Below the pieces are notes generated by a model. It was not told where the DNA came from. It did not search any database and saw only the letters and a program-made list of their open reading frames with translations. Of a DNA stretch of 32,319 nt, positions 30,201 to 32,319 are shown piece by piece; within the stretch, counting starts at the first letter, position 1, and each line of letters opens with the position of its first letter. Made by a program: the position numbers and the translations under genes. Source of the DNA: Amoebophrya sp. A120. Lineage: Eukaryota > Protista > Dinoflagellata. Location: positions 4,393,024-4,425,342 of the forward strand of contig CAJINV010000002.1 of assembly GCA_905178155.1 (NCBI GenBank). The letters are read 5' to 3'.

Positions 30201-32156
30201 GGAAAACGCGGTGGACATCAACACCTACAAGCAGTTTTTGAGACAACAATGCCTGCCCGGGTTGCTCGCTAGGAGTTCTTGTGACGACGAAATGCAGCTA
30301 GACAGAAATTTCGGCACCAGCAGAAGTGTTCCACTCAACAACAGCAGTAGATCTTCTGACTACAACAGAACCCGCAACACCAGGACAACGACCGCATCTC
30401 CTCCGATCCCCGGGCCCTCGTTAGTCGGGCAGGTAGAGCCGGAGAATTCGGATCTGCCGACGAGCACGCCGTTTCCGCGATTGGACGCGCCAGGTGGAGC
30501 TGCTGCAGTGTCCAGTACTTCTTTCACAGGAGATATGGAAGTGTCAGGATCGAAATTTTTGACAAAGTCGAAATAATCTGTCATGCATAGAATGCGACGC
30601 AGAGATTGCCTCTATTGCAGAGGATGCAACTGCAAGGGAGGCAGATTATAGCCCTGATAGATAAGGGTCAAGAGTTGGGTTGCTGACTAGGATGACAAAG
30701 GGCAGCTGCTTTGCCCTAAGCAGCATGACAGAGTCGTTTCCAGGAGGGGGAAAATTTGTCATGCGCCGACGACAAACTGTGGGTCTAGCTGGCATCTATT
30801 TTGTGCATCGCAAATTTTTCGACTGTGTTGCTTTCGATTCTGACACCCCCATAGGAGACCAGCGCCAGCGGTCTTCCTCCCTCCGTATCGGTACAACCGT
30901 CGAAGCGTCGGCCAGCACAGCGCATATGCGTTGCAAATGGGTCTCGGTCTGGAATAAAGTTCGAACTTGTAATGCTGGTCTCACATCATTCCTGCGAAAT
31001 CTGTATTGTGTGACCAAGAGAAGTTCTTGCAGGAGGAGCCTCTCTATACGCAGCTTCTACAACTTCTGATGCGGGCTGCGCACCGGGAGAAAGCGTTCTG
31101 GATGACCGCTCTCATGCTTGGCTTCGTTCTGAAGTGTTTTCATCATCCACACTTTAGCATCACAAGTTTCCAGATCCAGACATGTTTGCAATTTTCATAG
31201 CGCAAACGCGACAACAGCTGGATGACGAAGTGGACGCGATAATAGATGTGATGCGAATACCGATTATCCAGGAAAACAAAACACCCATCTTCATCCAATT
31301 TGTCACGCAAGGCACGTATCAAGTTCTACGTTTGTCATGCATAAAATGGATGAGGATGGGTTTTCTATTCCTGGATACCAATCTGGGGCTTCACCCCCTC
31401 CGCCGCCCAGTTCCGATACATTTGCGAGTGGTGCTTGCTAACCAGCCGGAAACTCGCGGACAAACTCCCGTTGACCGTGCAGGACTTGCTGAAGGGAAAG
31501 TCCGGGAAGTCGAAAGCCGCGAAAAAAATCGGGGAATCGAAGTTGCACGAAATAGAAATCGCGAACAGCGGTAGTTTATGCAGTGCAAATGTATCGTACT
31601 CGTAGCAATTGCATTATATGCAACATTTACAACTCTCTTTCTAAACGTAAATCAGCATTACAAAGTCAATTGAATTTGTAATGCGGGGGGAATTATTTGT
31701 AAATGCAATTTATACGTAGTACGATGGTTTTGCATTGCATATAGTAACGGTTCCGCGGTCATCGTCGCGACCGGGGCAAACAAGGGGTACCACGTAAGGC
31801 GGAAATCCGTGTCCGTTTTTGACGAACAGAAAGGTGGGTCGAGCTCCTCCTCCGCGAATGAGAAGAAAAAGCCGCCACATAAGCAGGGCGCCGGGAATAG
31901 TAAACAACCTCCGTCGATCCTGGACCTGTCCGCCGCTTTTTCTTCGCACTACATTCAGCTGATGAAGAACAAAGTGCCGCAGCGGGCAACGGATGTGTTT
32001 CTCGGGGGGACGGAGGTACTAGCTCGGGGGAAGGAATCTCTAGGGAAAATAGTGCGGTCGCAGGGGCGGGGGGGGAAGAGAAGAACTAGGCGAGGACGGG
32101 AAGGAGGGGCGACGGCGCGCGGGGTAGAGCGCGGGGTCGCTCATCGCAGAGTCTAA
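24204..32156 (+). CDS. ABHD17-like alpha/beta-hydrolase (Ser-Asp-His triad) with long C-terminal extension; ~1025 aa if it ends at 32156, but it may splice at ~32015 and continue beyond the window
   Basis: Removing 23 elements (+5 nt each) and GT-AG intron 28735-28942 gives MGLQKVVDMITFPAPSSSY...HSNGCDMG...IEYPGYG...IIWYGRSIGTG...CPILILHGKRDTMIP...CGHND, the motif order typical of ABHD17-type hydrolases. Confidence 0.85.
24289..24417. mobile_element. Introner, family F (reverse orientation)
   Basis: F TIR; DR GCTGT. Confidence 0.9.
24507..24654. mobile_element. Introner, family F
   Basis: F TIR; DR CGTCT. Confidence 0.9.
24776..24990. mobile_element. Introner, family E (reverse orientation)
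   Basis: TATCCACGAAAAG...TTTTTCTTGCATA; DR GACTT/GACTC. Confidence 0.85.
25047..25195. mobile_element. Introner, family F (reverse orientation)
   Basis: F TIR; DR TGGTG/TGGCG. Confidence 0.9.
25225..25558. mobile_element. Introner, family A
   Basis: A TIR; DR CGTTC/CGTTG. Confidence 0.9.
25622..25754. mobile_element. Introner, family F
   Basis: F TIR; DR TGCCT/CGCCT. Confidence 0.9.
25826..25979. mobile_element. Introner, family J
   Basis: TATCCACAGTAAATTTCCCGTAC...GTACGGGAAATTTACATTGCATA; DR CCAGT. Confidence 0.9.
26027..26285. mobile_element. Introner, family D
   Basis: Closely similar to 12406-12661; DR GTTCG/GCTCG. Confidence 0.9.
26383..26638. mobile_element. Introner, family I
   Basis: TATGACAATGCAC...GTGCACTGTCATA; DR ACGGA; splits the HG|KRD motif. 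Confidence 0.9.
26767..26878. mobile_element. Introner, family C
   Basis: TATCCACAGAAAA...TTTTCCTGGATG; DR AGTGC. Confidence 0.9.
27041..27194. mobile_element. Introner, family F
   Basis: F TIR; DR GAGAT. Confidence 0.9.
27245..27452. mobile_element. Introner, E-like
   Basis: TATCGCACGAGAAAA...TTTCTTGCGATA; DR CAGTA. Confidence 0.8.
27748..27945. mobile_element. Introner, J-like, diverged
   Basis: TATCCAAGAGTAGATTTTC...GAAAATAGTTTGTGTTGCATA; DR ACGCC/CCGCA; frame kept. Confidence 0.7.
28066..28240. mobile_element. Introner, family F (reverse orientation)
   Basis: TACGAGTTGCAAAAG...TTTTGCACAGGATA; DR GGAGA/GACGA. Confidence 0.8.
28421..28581. mobile_element. Introner, family K
   Basis: TATCACAAGGAAAAGTGTTACCGTTAAC...GTTAACGTCAACACTTTTTGCTGTGATA; DR AAGTT. 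Confidence 0.9.
28735..28942 (+). other. Probable canonical GT-AG intron
   Basis: CGG|GTATAA...ACCACAG|GCA; contains an in-frame stop; this acceptor joins the frame used by the downstream exons. Confidence 0.65.
28972..29246. mobile_element. Introner, family D
   Basis: D-type TIR; DR CAGCT/AAGCT. Confidence 0.85.
29303..29457. mobile_element. Introner, family F (reverse orientation)
   Basis: F TIR; DR CGGGA. Confidence 0.9.
29500..29652. mobile_element. Introner, family F
   Basis: F TIR; DR TGCAA. Confidence 0.9.
29784..30094. mobile_element. Introner, A-related with variant TIRs
   Basis: TATGAAAGCCTCAG...CTGAGGCTTCATA; body homologous to 18502-18816; DR TTGGG/TTGGA. Confidence 0.85.
30534..30853. 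mobile_element. Introner, family A
   Basis: A TIR; DR GGAGA. Confidence 0.9.
30925..31199. mobile_element. Introner, family D
   Basis: D-type TIR; DR GCGCA. Confidence 0.85.
31265..31377. mobile_element. Introner, family C
   Basis: TATCCAGGAAAA...TTCCTGGATA; DR CCGAT/CCAAT. Confidence 0.9.
31577..31741. mobile_element. Introner, family F
   Basis: F-type TIR; DR TAGTT/TAGTA. Confidence 0.85.
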
Positions 32157-32180
32157 AGCTTGAGCGCGGTGCTCCCTTTA

Positions 32181-32319
32181 CTGGGGCGGACGGACCTCAC
32201 TCGCAAAACGCTGGGGCGGACGGACCTCACTCGCAAAACACTGGGGCGGATGGACCTCACTCGCAAAACACTGGGGCGGATGGACCACGCGCGCAAAACA
32301 CTGGGGCGGATGGACCACG
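32181..32319. repeat. 30-bp tandem repeat (minisatellite), ~4.6 copies, running off the window end
   Basis: CTGGGGCGGA(C/T)GGACCTCACTCGCAAAAC(A/G) units at 32181, 32211, 32241, 32271, 32301. Confidence 0.9.

Noticed and set aside
9874-31989. Dozens of short ORFs sharing peptides such as SCAKVSYS, YPVQKYRTR, FQTQTFLHL
   Set aside because: These are translations of the repeated element ends in various frames, not a protein family
32181-32319. 30-bp repeats as a CRISPR array
   Set aside because: Units are head-to-tail with no unique spacers, there are no cas genes, and the context is eukaryotic

Overview
Eukaryotic, protist-like genomic DNA. The six-frame ORF track is misleading here because the genes are broken up by about 55 short (112-494 bp) non-autonomous elements. 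Each has terminal inverted repeats (TIRs) with TAT...ATA-type ends and a 5-bp flanking direct repeat (DR). They fall into about 11 families (labelled A-K by me) and occur in both orientations. Removing each element plus exactly 5 nt, by hand, restores an open reading frame at every coding junction, although none has usable GT-AG ends. They therefore behave as non-canonical, transposon-derived introns (introners). This reconstruction reveals three genes on the + strand: a ~1994-aa low-complexity protein (10254-22753; 28 elements + 1 GT-AG intron), an ABHD17-like alpha/beta hydrolase with a long C-terminal extension (24204 to at least ~32014; 23 elements + 1 GT-AG intron), and a MORN-repeat protein (~5209-8616). 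A 5'-damaged Cys-rich gene (~1113-2657) carries no elements. A diverged duplicate of one 5' leader (722-985) preserves the empty site of an element. The architecture matches the non-canonical inverted/direct-repeat introners reported in the parasitic dinoflagellate Amoebophrya; the organism assignment is inference only. Tandem repeats occupy both window ends. No transposase, RNA genes or CRISPR array were seen. Coordinates were counted by hand and may be off by 1-2 nt.
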